Positions 10,546-24,800 of a stretch of DNA of 64,000 bases are shown here, one piece after another. The stretch covers positions 124,001 to 188,000 of the forward strand of contig MU058451.1 of the NCBI GenBank assembly GCA_013265495.1. The letters run 5' to 3'. The stretch comes from Vicugna vicugna (Eukaryota). The first letter of the stretch is position 1; every line of letters begins with the position of its first letter. The position numbers were made by a program, and so were the translations under genes. The notes under the pieces were generated by a model. The model was not told the origin of the DNA and ran no database searches. It saw nothing but the letters and a program-made list of their open reading frames with translations.

Positions 10546-13500
10546 TAGAGAGCGTGAGGGTGGGGAAGGGACGCAGTCCACGCAGGTCCCCAGGTCTGTC
10601 TCCTCCCCGCCCACTGCCGCCATTGGCCGATGCTCGACTCGCCCTCGGTCCCCAGGGGGTCGCGCCCTTACCTTCTCACTTTTCCAGACCCTCCCCAGGA
10701 CCCCGACGGAGAGCGCTCGCCGCCCGCTATCTGGGGCGGGCACTATTGCTGTTCCAGGCTGGTGGGGTGGGGCAGCAAAAAGCCTAGGCGAAGTGTCGGG
10801 GTCACCAGGCAGGCCCCGTGCGCTCACGCCGACCCTGCACCCGCGCCGGTAAGGCCGGGACTTGCGTGCCGGGGTCGCGCCCCCGCCTCTCGCCTTCTAG
10901 TTCCCAGAGCCGAGCTTGACTGAAGGCGGCGTCAAACCTAGCGACCAGGTGGACGTTTGTCCCTGACACCTCGTGGAGAGCCGGGCACCGCCCCTCGGGT
11001 TCCAGGTGGTGACACCTGGACGCGGTGGGCTCGACGCCCGTGCCGCTCCCGGCTTCGGGTGGGTGTTGAGCCCTCTCGGGCGCTTTTACTTCTTAAGCAG
11101 CCTTCGATGTGCGGAAACCGGCCACCGTGCCGCCGTGGTCGTCCCTACCCCCGGGGAAGGCCCGCGACCTCGAACGTGCGGGACTTTTCAGGCCCACACC
11201 CGGCGCTCAAAGGCCGCATTTTTATTCCCCTCGCCGGCCATTGAGGGAAAGAAAGGAGCACTTAGGCCTATTCACATTCACACAGGGAAGCATCTAGGGT
11301 GGGGGAATACCCTTGTAATGCCGGGTGACCTTGGCCAGGTCCTCGCCACCCCCGCCGCTGCTTCCTTTTTGCAAAGTGGGGCGAGCACTCCCTGCCTCTA
11401 GGCGCGGTTGTGCGGGTTGAAAGTAGAGGCGTAAAACCGTCACTTACATCTGGCCTGGCCTTGGCTGGGTCACTAAACGTGGAGGGAAGGAAAGGAGGCA
11501 GCGTCCGTCCGGCGGAGAGACGCCGCTAAAGGTCCTCAAATCAGCGGAGGAGGGAGGCCTGCGACTCAGTGGGGCTTCCTTTGCGACCCACCAGACAGAC
11601 CTTCGAGAGCCTGGCGGGCGCCCCCGGGGGCCTGACCTTGCTGCCTTCGCCGCGCGCACGGCCGTGTGGGAGGAGGAGAAGCAGGCGCGGGGTCCCCGGG
11701 GCCTTGGGGCTAGCGCGGTGCGCGCCCCGCCTCTTCTTCCCGCTCCTGCCACGCCCACGTGCGGGGGCCAAGTCCCCCCGCCCGCCCGACGCGGTCGGTG
11801 CAGCCCACGCTGCCCACGTCCAGACCCGTTTCCCAAATTCAAGGAGGTGGGAGGGGCGGCGCGTGATTTTTCTCAACCAGGATGGGATGGACAAGGAGCC
11901 CAGGGTTTCTTTTTCTCCTTGTTCTAGATTCTGTACCTCTACCTGAGTTCTTAAGATCTTGGCTAAAGGGTGGGAAAGTATCCGTCGAATCTTGTCCCAA
12001 GAGCCAGCACCTCCGGGGAGAATCATGTACTTTGAAAAGCAGAATAAATTCTGCTGCCGTCTTCCTTCTGGCGGCATGCTCAACCTAGGACCCCCACGAC
12101 CCCCTTCCATTTACTGTATCTTCCTTCCTTCCTCCCAGACCTCACGGGTAGGATTTAAAGACTGATGCGCCGGCTCTTGGGTGGTCCGTGGATGTCGGAT
12201 CCTCTGGGGGCCATTTTTTAGTGCAGTCGCTCACTGGTTGTAGTTTCGGTTTAGCAGAGGCAACATGAGCCTTATCATCGTCTTGTTCTGCAAAGAATCT
12301 AGAGGTTGTAATAGTTTTTTAAAAATATATTTTAAATTATAAGCTTGCTTGTTTAAATAGTTTAGAGAAATCGATAAAAATAGAAGTGGGAATCTCTGTC
12401 TACCCCTCACCCCTACTCTCCAGAGGTAAAACTGGCTAACAGCTTGATTTATTCCCTACCTCCATTACTTTAAAAAACCAAAACAAAGCAGACTTTAAAA
12501 TTGTGTTTATATATGCATGATTTTTAAAAAAAACAAAATGGGATTATACTTTAGACTTTTATGCAACTTTTCCCACATTCTACTAGTCATTGTTCCTATC
12601 AGTACATTGGTATTAACTATATTCCTTATAATGGCTGCATGGTGCAGAAATTCATTTTGAGTGTACCCTTAGTTTTTCAGCCTCCTTTTGAAAGGTATGT
12701 AAGTTGTTGCCAGTTTTTCAACACTTAAAGCCACTTCTGGGAACATGGTTATACAGATACTTACCTGTGCTGCTGTGTCTGTACGATAAAATACCCAGTT
12801 GTGAAATCTCTGAATCAACAGGTATCAACATTGAACCTTTTGATGGGTACTTCAAACCATTACTGATTTACACCTCCGTCAAAGAGTGTGAGGACCCTGT
12901 GTCTCCACGCCCTTACCTGATACTGAATATCCTTTAAAGCTGCCATCTCTCATGTGAAAAGTAATATCTTATTTTAATTTGCCTTTTAGTCATTTAGCCA
13001 GCAAAATTCCTGAATGCCTCACTATTAATGTGCTAGGCACAGGGAACACAGTTGGAAGCAGAGCGGCCCAGTCCAGCCCTGGTCCTCATAACAGTCTTAC
13101 AGAAAGATAAATATTTGTGTGAGTACTTGATGAATGTGTAACTATGAACTGTGATGGGAAACGTAGATACTATGATGGGAAAGAAGAAAATATAAAGTAG
13201 CAATAAAAGGGAAAAGGAGCGTGTCCTGACCTAGGCTGGGAGGACAGGGAGAGTTCTCCTGCCCCAGAAGATTTGAAAGATACCTGTAGAAATTAACTAG
13301 ATGATGAGAACAAGTGGTATTCCAGGTCAACAGAACACTGGTGCCAAGGCCCTGAGGCCTGGAGGGAGTGAGTCTTGTTCACAGAACTGAAGGATGCTTG
13401 TTGGAGAAAAGACAGCTAGGGAGGTTGGAGTATCAGCAGAGGCCAGGTCTTGCAAGACACTTGTGAAGATGTAAGTTTTGACCATTAGGTTCAAGGAAGA

Positions 13501-16500
13501 TTCTAAAACAGTGAGTTAAATTGTCCAAGGCTAGGGTTGTAGAAGAGCTAGCTCTGGTCTACCAAATTTGCATTTATGGCATGTGTTTTCCAGGAAAGAG
13601 GGTTTGTCACCTAAAGGTCCTAAAGATGAAGCAATTTCAGAGAAGTTGGGAACGGTCTGTCTACAATCTCTTTTTCAGTACGGGGTCTAGGGAAGTTGTG
13701 GAATGGCCTGTAAGCAGTTAATCAGAGAGTAAGAGCTTGCCTGCAATAAGTCATGCCCTAGATAATGAGCCTTTTGCTGAAAACTGTGATTTTTGGGGGG
13801 ACGGTGTCTTTTTGTGCTCAAAGTCAGAGAAGGTAGATAGACCGCATTTTAGTGCTTTCCTAATCTTTAGTTTAGCAAAAGCTCGTTCTACAGAGAAACT
13901 TTGAGGTCCTAATTGAGAACTTACGAAGAGTAAGGAACCACAGTTTATCTCTGAGGCATAATGATGTATGTATATGGCGGCTTCTCCCAAGGACAGGTGA
14001 ACAGGTGTTCAGTGTTTGAATTTAAGAGAACAGGCTCTAAAGAAGGCAGAATGTAGATGCGCAGCTGTAAACCATGGCCTTGGGTGGAACTGGGGGAGAG
14101 AATAGTACTGGGCATTGTGGACCACTGGAATGTGGGGCATAATAGTCTTTTTAAAATCTATTATTTATTTATTTTTTGAGTATAATCATCTTAAGGATAG
14201 CCCTGACGTGGTGAGTAAGCCTGTACACTCATTTATTGCTTATTTAATAGTCAGGATAGGTGTATTATAATTAATTAATTAATTATAACTATTATAATTA
14301 ATTATAATTAAGTACTAGTGCAAAGTGAATTGAATCCTTTGCCTATTAATCCTTTTACTATGGGTTTTAATTCTTCCTTTCGTTCTGGCTTCAACAGTTA
14401 CCACACAAGCCTGGGTAAAAGCAGGGATGGGTTGGTCTGAGCCTAGATGTGCTCAGCCCCAGTAACCCTGAAAATGGTGGTAAATTTCCAGTCCATTGGG
14501 ATTCTAGTACCTCATAGAAGTCTTCAAGTTGTGTCTAATTTATGTAATTGTACCCAAATTGCTGTGTTATGATTACGAATAGGGAAGAGAACCTTTTAGG
14601 AAATCTTAATCTGGCAGTGCTGTTTCCATGATAAATCTCTCTCCTCCTTAAGTTTAGGTTGGGGAAGAGCAGGTTTTTAGCAAAAAGACCGAGAATAATG
14701 GCAGCTGGGACCCAGGGGCTGTCTGAGGGCTGCTGGAGACATCTTCCTCCTGGGTTTTCACTGACTCCAAGGGGAAGGGATGGACTTCCTAGCAAGGTTA
14801 TTGTTGAAAATGTAGCATCTGTAACGCTACGAAAGGAGTGTGGCCCGCAAGAGTTTATGGTAATTCTTCGTGTGAGTTTCAAGGGAAGAATTGCAAGTTG
14901 GGTGCTACCTTCTTGGAACCCCTCTCACTGTAAGATTTTTCCTTGCCCAAAGTGAAGCAGCTGGCCTTCCAGCAGCACATTTGTTCATAGTAGCAGCAAG
15001 TATCTTTTTTGAGGGGGAACCTTTTGTGAGGGAGGCATAAGGAGTACCTGGGGTCATCTAGGTGTTTAATTTGAAAAAGCATTAACTTGATTAGAGTCTA
15101 ACTCCAGTTTTGTTCTCTGACTTCAAAATATTTGGACAAATGCTATATACATCTATCCTATTCTAGCCATGAAGTATCAGTTCCTTGATTTCTGGCTTAA
15201 GGCTGTTCATTCAAAAATGAGGATAATGTGACCAAAGCATCTGTGTATTGCTCCACCCCAGATTGCTGTCTGAAGGCAATTTCTAAAATTCTCAATGAAT
15301 TTGCATTTTTTTCTTAAAAAAAAAATGAATTAATGCCCAGTCAGTCTTGACTCAAAGAAGTATTGCCTTCAATAGGGATTATACCAGATTTTATGCTTTT
15401 TGTGTGTCTGTTTTGGTCCTTGTTCTGTCTGACGGACCTCAGGAATACACAGATTGTTTCCCAGCTTCTTCCAATCAACTCTTTCAAGCCAGGGCAGAGC
15501 ATCTGAAGGAGGACCTGGTGATGCGTGCGCTATTTGACGGAGGTTGGGAAGGCTGCGATTACAGTCTGCCTGTACCATCTTAAATTCTAAGGCTCTTCGT
15601 ATTAGTCATAAGCAGCTGACCGTTGAATATTGAATTAAATAATTAATTGCATTTGCTGCTTCAACCTGTTTTGCCCCTATGTTTTAAGGTCCTCTTAAGA
15701 TGGACAATTTGGGTCATACTGAAAGCTCCTCAAAGTGGTCACTTGGAAAATCGTGTCATTTTGTAAGATATGCACAAGAATTTGAATTATAATGAGAAAA
15801 TACATAAGAAACAGGTGTTTAGCTGCTGGAGGCGAGGGTGTGGACTGAGATGACCCCATAAGAGCTGACAATGGTTGGTCAGATGTGTGTTGCTTGCACA
15901 TCTCTGACCTCCGTCCCCAGCCAGAGGTTGGCTGTCTCTGATCACAGACCTAACAATCACAGCCCCTGGTGATTGAAGTTTTGGAGATTCTTTTCCTCCT
16001 AAACCAATTCTTAGGGACATAAAGATAGGCTGAGGACGAATAGACTTCATAAGGTTTTTATGTGACCATCTAAGGCCAATTTCACCTACTGAGAGACTGC
16101 AGAAGGGAAAACCCTAAGTTTGCCAGTCCTCTGGACCTAGTGGGATTCTATTCATTGACTCTTCTTTGCTCTTTTCCCCCTTTTAGTCAATTAACATCGT
16201 AAGAGAGGAAAAGCTAAAGATAAAGTTAAATGAAGAACATAGTTTCTAGAAATACAGGTCTAATTAGAAAAATAGAGATGTCAGTGAGTGACATCTAATT
16301 TCCCTGAGAAAATTAAGAACATAAGTGAAAGTGGAGCTGAGACCTAGTATGTGCCTCACCTCTCTGTTTGGGGCCAGGAACATCAAGTGGAGAGATGCAA
16401 GGTGACTCATGAGGTGCCCAAATTAAGAGTCCTGGTACATGGCAAGGGGGTCACAGCTGAGTCTCCATGGGACTCTCAAACTGTGGAAAGCCTTCTCCTC

Positions 16501-17217
16501 AAATAAAGCAGCTTGTGAGAATGCCCCACAGACAATCCTGAAATGGCCTCTCATTAGGGGAAATGAGTGTACAGTTTTTATTTCTTATATTTTGAATTTG
16601 GAAGTTCCCCGGGATGGGATATGAGAAGTGGAATGACTCTTTGATTAACTGATTTCTCAAAGCCATGGTTAATGTAAGTGAGGAGAGGTTCTAACTGAAG
16701 AATGAAGTGATACTCAAGCGCAAAACAGTGCACAGTTGTAATGGAGTAACTGATAGTGTTGTTCTGGTCCTGTCTTACACAAGTGATGAGGGCTGTGGTT
16801 CACAGTTACAGCAGTCAAAGCAGTAAGTAGGAAAAAGAATTATAGCCATAAATAGTGCTTTTAATACTTAAATAGGACAGAAAATAAACAAAATAAAAAT
16901 TCAAGAAAAGAATCGAGAAAAAGAACAACTAAATTCACTTAATGAAATCGGGAGTTAAGAATTCATAAAAAATAAAAACCAAACTTGACGGATTAAAAAA
17001 ATAAAAATGATAGAATTGATAAAGAAAACTAAGAATGGCTTCTTTGGAAAGATCTAGAATAGACAGACCTCTGGCAAACATGACCAAGGGGGAAAAAAAA
17101 AAGAAAGAAAAATACACAGCAATAGGGATGAGGAAGAAAACAACCATAGATAAAGATAAGATTAAAATAACTATTAGAGAAGTCTATGTAAATCTTTATG
17201 TCCAGTAAAGACAGATA

Positions 17218-17305
17218 AAAATAGAGAACCTTTTTTTTTTTAACAATCTATTTTTTTTTTGGGTGGGGGAGGGAGGTAATTAGGTATACAAAATAGAGAA
17301 CCTTT
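17218..17305 (-). mobile_element. 5'-truncated SINE tail with 16-bp target-site duplication
   Basis: aaaatagagaaccttt at 17218-17233 and 17290-17305 flanks a T tract plus gggaggtaattaggt (3' part of the SINE). Confidence 0.75.
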
Positions 17306-17487
17306 AAAAGCTCAATGTCTCTTATCAGGAGGGGCAGAAATTGCCAATAAACAAGGTGCTGAAATCTAGCAATATATTTAAAATCTATCCTACAAGACTC
17401 TCCTTTTGCTCTTGAAGAATTAACTGCTACAGGAACTGCCCTTCTACTGTAAACATAGAAAGCAGGACAACGTATTTAAATCAACTC

Positions 17488-17576
17488 TTTTTCTTTTAGT
17501 GGAGGTACTGGGCCTTGAACCCAGGACCTCATGTATGCTAAGCATGCGCTCTACCACTGAGCTAGACCCACCCCTC
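17488..17576 (-). mobile_element. tRNA-derived SINE (Vic-1-like, short form)
   Basis: ggaggtactgggccttgaacccaggacctcatgtatgctaagcatgcgctctaccactgagcta. Confidence 0.85.
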
Positions 17577-19139
17577 TAAATCAGCTGTTTTGTGATACTG
17601 GGCAACAGGGAGCACAGGACTGAGTCCCAAGAGAAGGGAAATTAATGAGATGAGTGTTACGATGCCTGAGCTGACTCCCTTACTGAGGGAGTTTCCATGA
17701 TGTAGCAGGAAGGGGAACCCCAAATAAAGCCTGACAGTTGCTGAGTTTAAAATATGGAGATCAGCAAGGCAGTTAGAATTTGGGAGGGGCAGGATGCCAG
17801 GAAACAGGGAACTGCACAGGAAGAGAGTTCCGGACACCTGCAGAGGGATCTCCTTGGCTCTGTGACTGAGTAGTGCCGGTATGAGAGAGAACTGTGAGGC
17901 CAGGGAGAGAACTAGAAAGCAGCAGGACAGACAGTTCCAGGATTACACAGAGCTGAGAACACGTCACATTGCAACCAGCCAGAGTGAGGAGACCAAAGCA
18001 CACAGGGCATTAGCTGAGCCCTTAGAAGACCATCACCCGAATAGTAGGGAAAATTAACCCAAAATTAAAGGCTGTTCTGGACTTGCCCTAACAAAGCTTA
18101 AAAGCAAGCCTCAAAAGCAAGTACCAGATTTATCCTGTGTGACTCAACAGCTTGCTGGAACAAAGTTCAACAATCTTTAATGGAAGTATAATAAAATATA
18201 GCACTCAAGAGCACAAAATTTACAATGTCCTCATCCATCCAATAAAAGATAGGCATGCAGAAAAGTGGGAAATAGGGTCCACAACCAAAATAAAATCAGT
18301 CCATAGAAACAGACTCAGAAAAGACAGCAATGATGGAATCATAAGATAAACATGTTAAGTCAGCTCTTAAGGTATCTTCATGTGTTAAAGGAGGTAGAGG
18401 AAAACATGAACATTATGGGTAGAGAAATGGATGGTGTACAAAAGACACAAAAGGAATTTCTAGAGATAAACAATACACTCTAAAATGAAAAACACACTGA
18501 GTGGCATTAATAGTCCTTTAGATACTGCAGTAGAATGCAGTAAAAACATTCTAAGATGAAGCAAAGGAAAGAAAGTGACTTAAAAAAATTCAACAGGGTA
18601 TCAGTGAGCTGTGGAAAATATGAAGTGGTCGAATGTATGTGTAACAGGAGTCCCCAAAAGCCACAGTAAGGTGCATCATAATTAAATTGCTTTAAACTAG
18701 CATAAATAAAAAATGTTTAAATCTACCAGAGGGGGAAAAAAGATGACTTTCAGGTGAAAAAAGATAAGAATGACAGCAGACTTTCCCTCAGAACTAGAAA
18801 AACAATATAAGAATGTCTTTAAATTACGGAAAGAAAAAAGTGTCAACCTGAATTCTATGCCCAGCAAAAATATCTTTCAAGAATAAAAGTGAAATACCTT
18901 TTCAGACCAGTAGATGCAGAAATAATTTATAACCAAAAAACCTGTGCTCCGAGAAACTTTAAAGGAAGCTCTTGAGGCAAAAGGAAAATATGACAGATTT
19001 ATATCCAAGTATATCAGTAATTATATCAAATGTACATAGTTGAAAAACTCCAATTAAGAAGCAGAAGTTGTCAGATTGGATTAAAAATAACAACAATGTA
19101 AGCTCCAACTATAGGTTCTCCATAAGAAACCCACTGTGA

Positions 19140-19610
19140 AGATCTGTGAAAGGTCTGAGATTCTACCTTACTTTCAGGTTACCGAGAGATCCTGCCACAG
19201 TTTCATGGGAGCTGGTTGAAGACACCAGAATCCTGGGTCAGTTTATCCATGAGGACAGTTTGTTACCTGGAGCAATAGCAACAGCCAGACTCACAGCATT
19301 TTTGCACCATTTTCCTAAACCCCAGTTCCACAGGGCAAAGAGGGTCAGATGACTCCAGTGCACACAGTGGGCTGCATCACAGGCATGCATTGGGTTGGAC
19401 TGCACTCTTTAAATGAACAGTGAACATGCCTGTCCTTTTCTCTATCTTCCACGACGAAGCAAACCCGTTCTTTGCTCTGGAGAGAAATGTTATCTCTGTC
19501 TTCCCAGACTGTTTGCTGTCCAAACATACTCGAAAACATGGTCGAGAGAAGAGGGCCGTCTGCTTTGCTTATAAGACGTGCAGAGAGATCTATGGAGAAT
19601 TGCCTTCTGA
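19140..19610. mobile_element. probable solo LTR of an endogenous retrovirus (family not assigned)
   Basis: About 470-bp TG...CA block of different composition that interrupts the L1 sequence; resembles ERV1-type LTRs from memory. Confidence 0.45.
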
Positions 19611-21109
19611 CACCCACTTTTCAGGAATTTGCGCTTCAAAGGTACATGTGAGCTTTGTTCTGGTCTCCAGAGGGGGAACGAACTGATTGAAAGAAAAAGG
19701 AAGTCCAAATACTTAGGTATCTTCTTCCCAGAATCTACTTTGCTGATTTTTTAAAACTATCATCTTAAAAATTTGCAACCTTTTCTACAGAATAGATAAA
19801 GAAAAGTAAATGTTTTTCACAATTTATGAATTTCACTAATTTTCTTCTTATTTCCTATTAGTCACCTGTTCTCTTTCCTCAGTGCTTGCATCTTCTGTTT
19901 TAAAAAATACCTTTCTATTTTAAATGAGAAAATGTACATAATGTTTGTAACTCTGAATATGGTTAGTTCCCATCGCCTTTCTCCTGGTCTCCCCCTAACA
20001 CTCCACTTCTGGATACACTCCACTACTAGATACACTCTCTTAATTTGGCCTTAGTTTATCCTTTGTTTAGGGAGTTAAAGGTCTGTTAAATTTTTCTTAG
20101 AAGTATATGAGAAGCTAGCCATTGTGAACCATCTCTCTGGTTTTCATTAGTTTTTGGAGTTTGTTTTATACAATATGTAACAGTAATTTGTTACCTATAC
20201 AACAGATTATTCCTGTGTACCAAATGTTTACCTTCACAGAGCAGGATTTCCCCCTGTCCATTACAGCCACAGCAGAGAGCTGGTTTTGTTTAAAATTCTG
20301 TATCAGTCTGGGACCAACCAGGAGAGGAAAATTGTACAGCAATTGGAACAGAGAAAGCTTAATATAAAGAATTATTATCTATAGCAGGGGAATGGAGCGA
20401 CTAGGGATTGGATAGTAAGAAGTAAAGAGAACTCCAAAGAACATAGGAGTAGCAGATATAATATATAGTAGCAGATAGCATACTGCATCATACTGTGTCT
20501 AATAGCTGCTCCTTGGCCCATGAACTGAGATGCAGATCTTGTTGGAAAATTCTCAGCCACAGCTACTGAATGGCAGACAAGTTGCTTCAGTGCCACACTG
20601 GAGGAGCTTGCTGGACATCCACCATCTGGAACGTACTAGAAATCAGCCCTCTAGCATGGTGGGGGAAGTTGTTCACAGGAGATGTCTCCCTGGAGGCACT
20701 CTGCTAGAAAACCACCAGAAGGAGTTGCTGGGAGAAGCTGCTGGCCACCGAGTGTCACCCCTGCCGTGCACGACAGCAGGAGGGCACTGGAGGAGCTGCA
20801 GGCGCCAAGGAGGCAGGCCCCAGCTGAGATGGCCTCAGAACCAGGAAGTGAAACTCTCTCCTCCTGCAGTGTCTCTCTCGTGCCCTCTACCCACAGATCT
20901 TCAGTGCCAGCTGGCAACTTACCTAAAGGGCTCAGATTTATTTTCATTAAAGCACTCAAATAGGGTGATTTGGGACTGAGAGGAAATAAGTCAATAACTG
21001 GCAGGAAGTCCAACAGGTAGATAAATCCAGGCCTTTTATTCTTGCAAATCTAGCCTTTGTTTCCTTTATAAAATGGTGGTGGTGGTCGTGGTAATGTGAA
21101 TTTGAAATT

Positions 21110-21888
21110 TTCCCCTTTGGTGACCATCAGTTTGTTTTCTATGTCTGTGAGTCTGTAAGTTCATTTGTATCATTTTTTTTTATATTCCACATATAAGTGA
21201 CATCATAAGGTATTTGTCATCTGTCTGACTTACTTCACTTAGTATGATAATCTCTGGTTCATCCATGTTGCTGCAGATGACATTATTCTTTTTTATGGCT
21301 GAGTAGCGTTCCAGTGTGTGTGTATGTGTATGTATATATGTATGTATGTATATGTACATATGTATGTATATATACGTGTGTGATATCTCACATCTTCTTT
21401 ATCTAGTCATCTGTTGATGGACATTTGGATACATGTATCTTTTCGAATTGGAGTTTCCTCCAGATACATGCCCAGAAGTGGGATTGCTGGATCATAGGAT
21501 GAGTCTATTTTTAGTTTTTAAAGGAATCTCCATACTGTTTTCCATAGTGGCTGCACCAAATTACATTCCTACCAACAGTGTATATGAGGGTTCCCTTTTC
21601 TCCACATCCTCTCCAGCATTTATCATTTGTGGAGTTTTTAATGATGGCCATTCTCATTGGTGCGAGGTGATACCTCACTGTAGCTTTGATTTGCATTTCT
21701 CTGATAATTAGTGACACTGAGCATCTTTTCATGTGCCTGTTGACCATTTGTATGTCCCATTGGAGAAATATTTGTTTAGATCTTCTGCCCATTTTTGGAT
21801 TGCATTGTTTGTATTTTTGTTACTGAGTTGTATGAGCTGTTTGTATATTCTGGAAGTTAAGCCCATGTCAGTCACATCGTTTGCAAAG
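21110..21888 (-). mobile_element. LINE-1 3' end (ORF2 C-terminus and 3' UTR)
   Basis: ORF 21511-21792 (-) encodes [57 protein letters not shown], a typical L1 ORF2 segment. Confidence 0.92.
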
Positions 21889-24800
21889 GGGGTACTGTGA
21901 CTTTGAATCCTACTTTAATCGTTGCTATCTTCCAGGTAAATAATGAGCACATCCATTTCTGTGTCTACTGCTAAATGACTTGTTCAATATTTGTTTTGTG
22001 ACTCACTGAAGGAGTGAATTACATTGGTTCCCATCACTTCTTCCCTTCCATTTTCCTCTGCACCCTATGCTGCCCTTTCTCCTTTCCACCTCTCAGCCAG
22101 AATGCTCCTGCTCCATCTTTCTCATAGTTACATGACTGTAGCCAAGCTGCCTCACTAGACAGAAATGCCGTTTTCATGGTCTTGTCCACAGAGTGTGCCT
22201 TTTTCTAAAGGGGTGTTCCCACTGCCTTGGATGGAGTGATATACATACCTGTCAAGGAGCAGAAATAGAAGAAAGAGCTTTCGGTCCCCAGCATGCATAG
22301 GATACTGCACAAGAACCAGAGATGCTCTTGCCTGGCAATCTGCCAAATGATGGAAGTGTGGGCTGGTGCTGGCCTGGCTCTACAGATCCTGCAGGCACAC
22401 GGCCCATCCATGCCGGGAGCAGCTCTGCATGGCTAGGCCACCCCGGGGTGTGCTTTGTGACAGAGTCCCAGGCCACAGCTTGGCAAACCTGGGTGGATGT
22501 TTTGGCTCCCAGCCCACTAGTTGTGAGTCTTGGGGGCTTCTGGAAAACCAGGGGAGCCAGTGAAGGAGGATAAACAGAGGCTGACTCTCCTTTTGGCACC
22601 ACGGATGCTGATAACAGAACAGAGCCTTAGAGGGAGTCTCTAGGCTGTGGGCGTGGGCATGGAGGGCTTGGCGGCACCCATCTCCTGGCTCCTGGCCCCC
22701 ACGTTGCTAGTAACTGTTGCATGCATACACTTCACAAATGCATAGGCTCAAAGTGACATAAGTCATCCACAGTGCAGTTTGGAGAAGGATGGATTCAGAG
22801 ACAGCACGCACTTTCTAGGTAGTGTCATTCCCTGTGTCTGTGTTTTGTTTTTAAATACCTCTTGACCAGAAACTAATAGAACATTGTAAGTCAACTATAC
22901 TTCAATTAAAAAAGGTAAATTAAATTAAATTCCTCTTGGGTTGTTCAGAGCAAACATAGACCAAGAGAGCCTCCTTCTGCAGAAACCAGTGGCACAAGGA
23001 TGTTAGCCCGACGGTGGGTGCAGGGTGTCTTTTTGGAAAAGGCAAGGAGACAGTTCAGATCGGGAGGGGAAAAGTGGCCAGCCTTTGGGAACAAAAATTA
23101 GAGATTGAATATTGAAGAGCGAACGTTCACGAAGATGTGTACTTTGTGATCTGGAGCCATGCTCTTGGGAGGCCGTAACTGATTGCCTTGGCTCCTCCCT
23201 CTTCTGGTTGGCTGTGCCAGATAGTTGGCTTAGGGTTTGGGGCCCCCCAGTGGGGGAAGCCGTTTGCTTTCTCTCATCTTATGCATCTGTGTGCATTTCT
23301 GATTACAAAAGTAGTTCATCTTCATTGTAGGGTATTTACAAAGGACAGAAAAGAGCTGAAGAAAAAAGTTACCTATAGTCTTATCAGTTCTTTTTAAATG
23401 TCAATCACAGAAAAAATTAAGAAAAATTATACTTCCTTATACTGGTGAAGGTATTACACTGTTCACAGTAGAATACACTATAGTATGTGCTTTCCAAAAA
23501 GAAATTTGGCAATATGTATCAGGAGCTGTTTTGTTCCATTTAGAGAATCTTTCCTAAGGCAAATTATCTGAAATATAGAAATCTGCAAGCACAAAATTAT
23601 TTTGGTACTACTTCTGGTACTGGAAATTTGGAAATAACTTAAGTCAATGGGATATTAGGTAGGACACTAACATTGGTAAACTCATTTTTTTACTAACATG
23701 AGAAATGCTTATTTAAAATCAGAAAAGTAAGATACAGAAGTTTAATGAACTATAAACTCAGTTTTATTTTTAAATTCCATACGAGGACTGGAGCAATATA
23801 TATCTAAAATATATATGACTCAAAGGATAAAAAAAAAACAAAAGAGAAAATGGAACAGAAATAAAAGGATGAATAAAGATATAGCATGCAAAACCAATCC
23901 AGCATTAATGGGCTTATATTAATATCAGACAAGGAAAACGAGATCACCAGAGATAAAATGGGGCATTATGTAATAATAATAATAATTATAATAATAATAA
24001 TGCCAGTTCATCCTGAAGAAATATTTATGTACCCTCAGAACACCACTTCTGAATATAAGAAGCAAAAGTTGATGGAACTAAGAGGAAAAAGAGAAACCCA
24101 AAGCCATGATTGGAAATTTTAATTGACAGGGTAAGTAGATGGAATGTGTGGGATGTTACTAAAAGCAGTAAACAGAGACATTTGTTTGGGGTGATGAAAA
24201 AAATTGGAAATAATGGTGATGGTTGCAGAACATTGTAAATGTAAGTAACGCCACTGATTTATACATTTATATAGTTAAAGTTACCAGTAATGAGGAATAA
24301 AACGAACAGTAATCGCAGTTTTTAATTTCAGCAAAAGAATTGAAAGCAAAAAAGTGTTAAGATTTTAATTTTTAAAGGTAATAGTTCTGAGAGATATAAT
24401 TTGATACTTTTATCCCTACCTGCCTCCCCAACACCTTTACTTTGATGTCTAAGGGATGCCCAAAGCCATGACTTTCTGCCGCAGCTGTTCCTCCAGTTGC
24501 CTTCCCCAGAGTTGATGCCTATTCTTATTTCTCAGACCCAAACAATGGCGTCACTCTTGGCTCCTTCCTTTTTCACGAACTCCAGATCCAAAGTGAAGAA
24601 AAATAAAGCTGATTCTATCTTTGAAATATATCTAGACCTACCCATATATGAGCACTTGCCCTGGGATGCCTTGATCTCAGCCGTCTGGTCTCCAGGACTA
24701 GGGGAGGATGAATTCCTGTTGTTCTGAACCACCTGGCTTGTGGTCATTTGTTACAGAAGCCACGGGACAGTCACACAGACCCTGCAATGTAGGCTTCTGC

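Larger units (their letters stand above)
8550..12200. promoter_or_regulatory. CpG island covering the PRDM14 promoter, exon 1 and exon 2
   Basis: High GC and dense CpG compared with CpG-poor flanks; boundaries judged by eye. Confidence 0.85.
16850..19135 (+). mobile_element. degraded LINE-1 fragments (ORF1/ORF2 regions) interrupted by SINEs
   Basis: A-rich + strand with L1-like motifs (atagacagacctctggcaa; tgtcaacctgaattctatgcccagcaaaaatatctttcaagaat; ttgtcagattggattaaaa). Confidence 0.6.

Noticed and set aside
9885..12165. Long ORFs in the CpG island (e.g. 10126-10827, 11541-12110)
   Set aside because: Low-complexity Pro/Arg/Gly/Ala translations in several overlapping frames, as expected from stop-poor GC-rich DNA; no recognisable domain.
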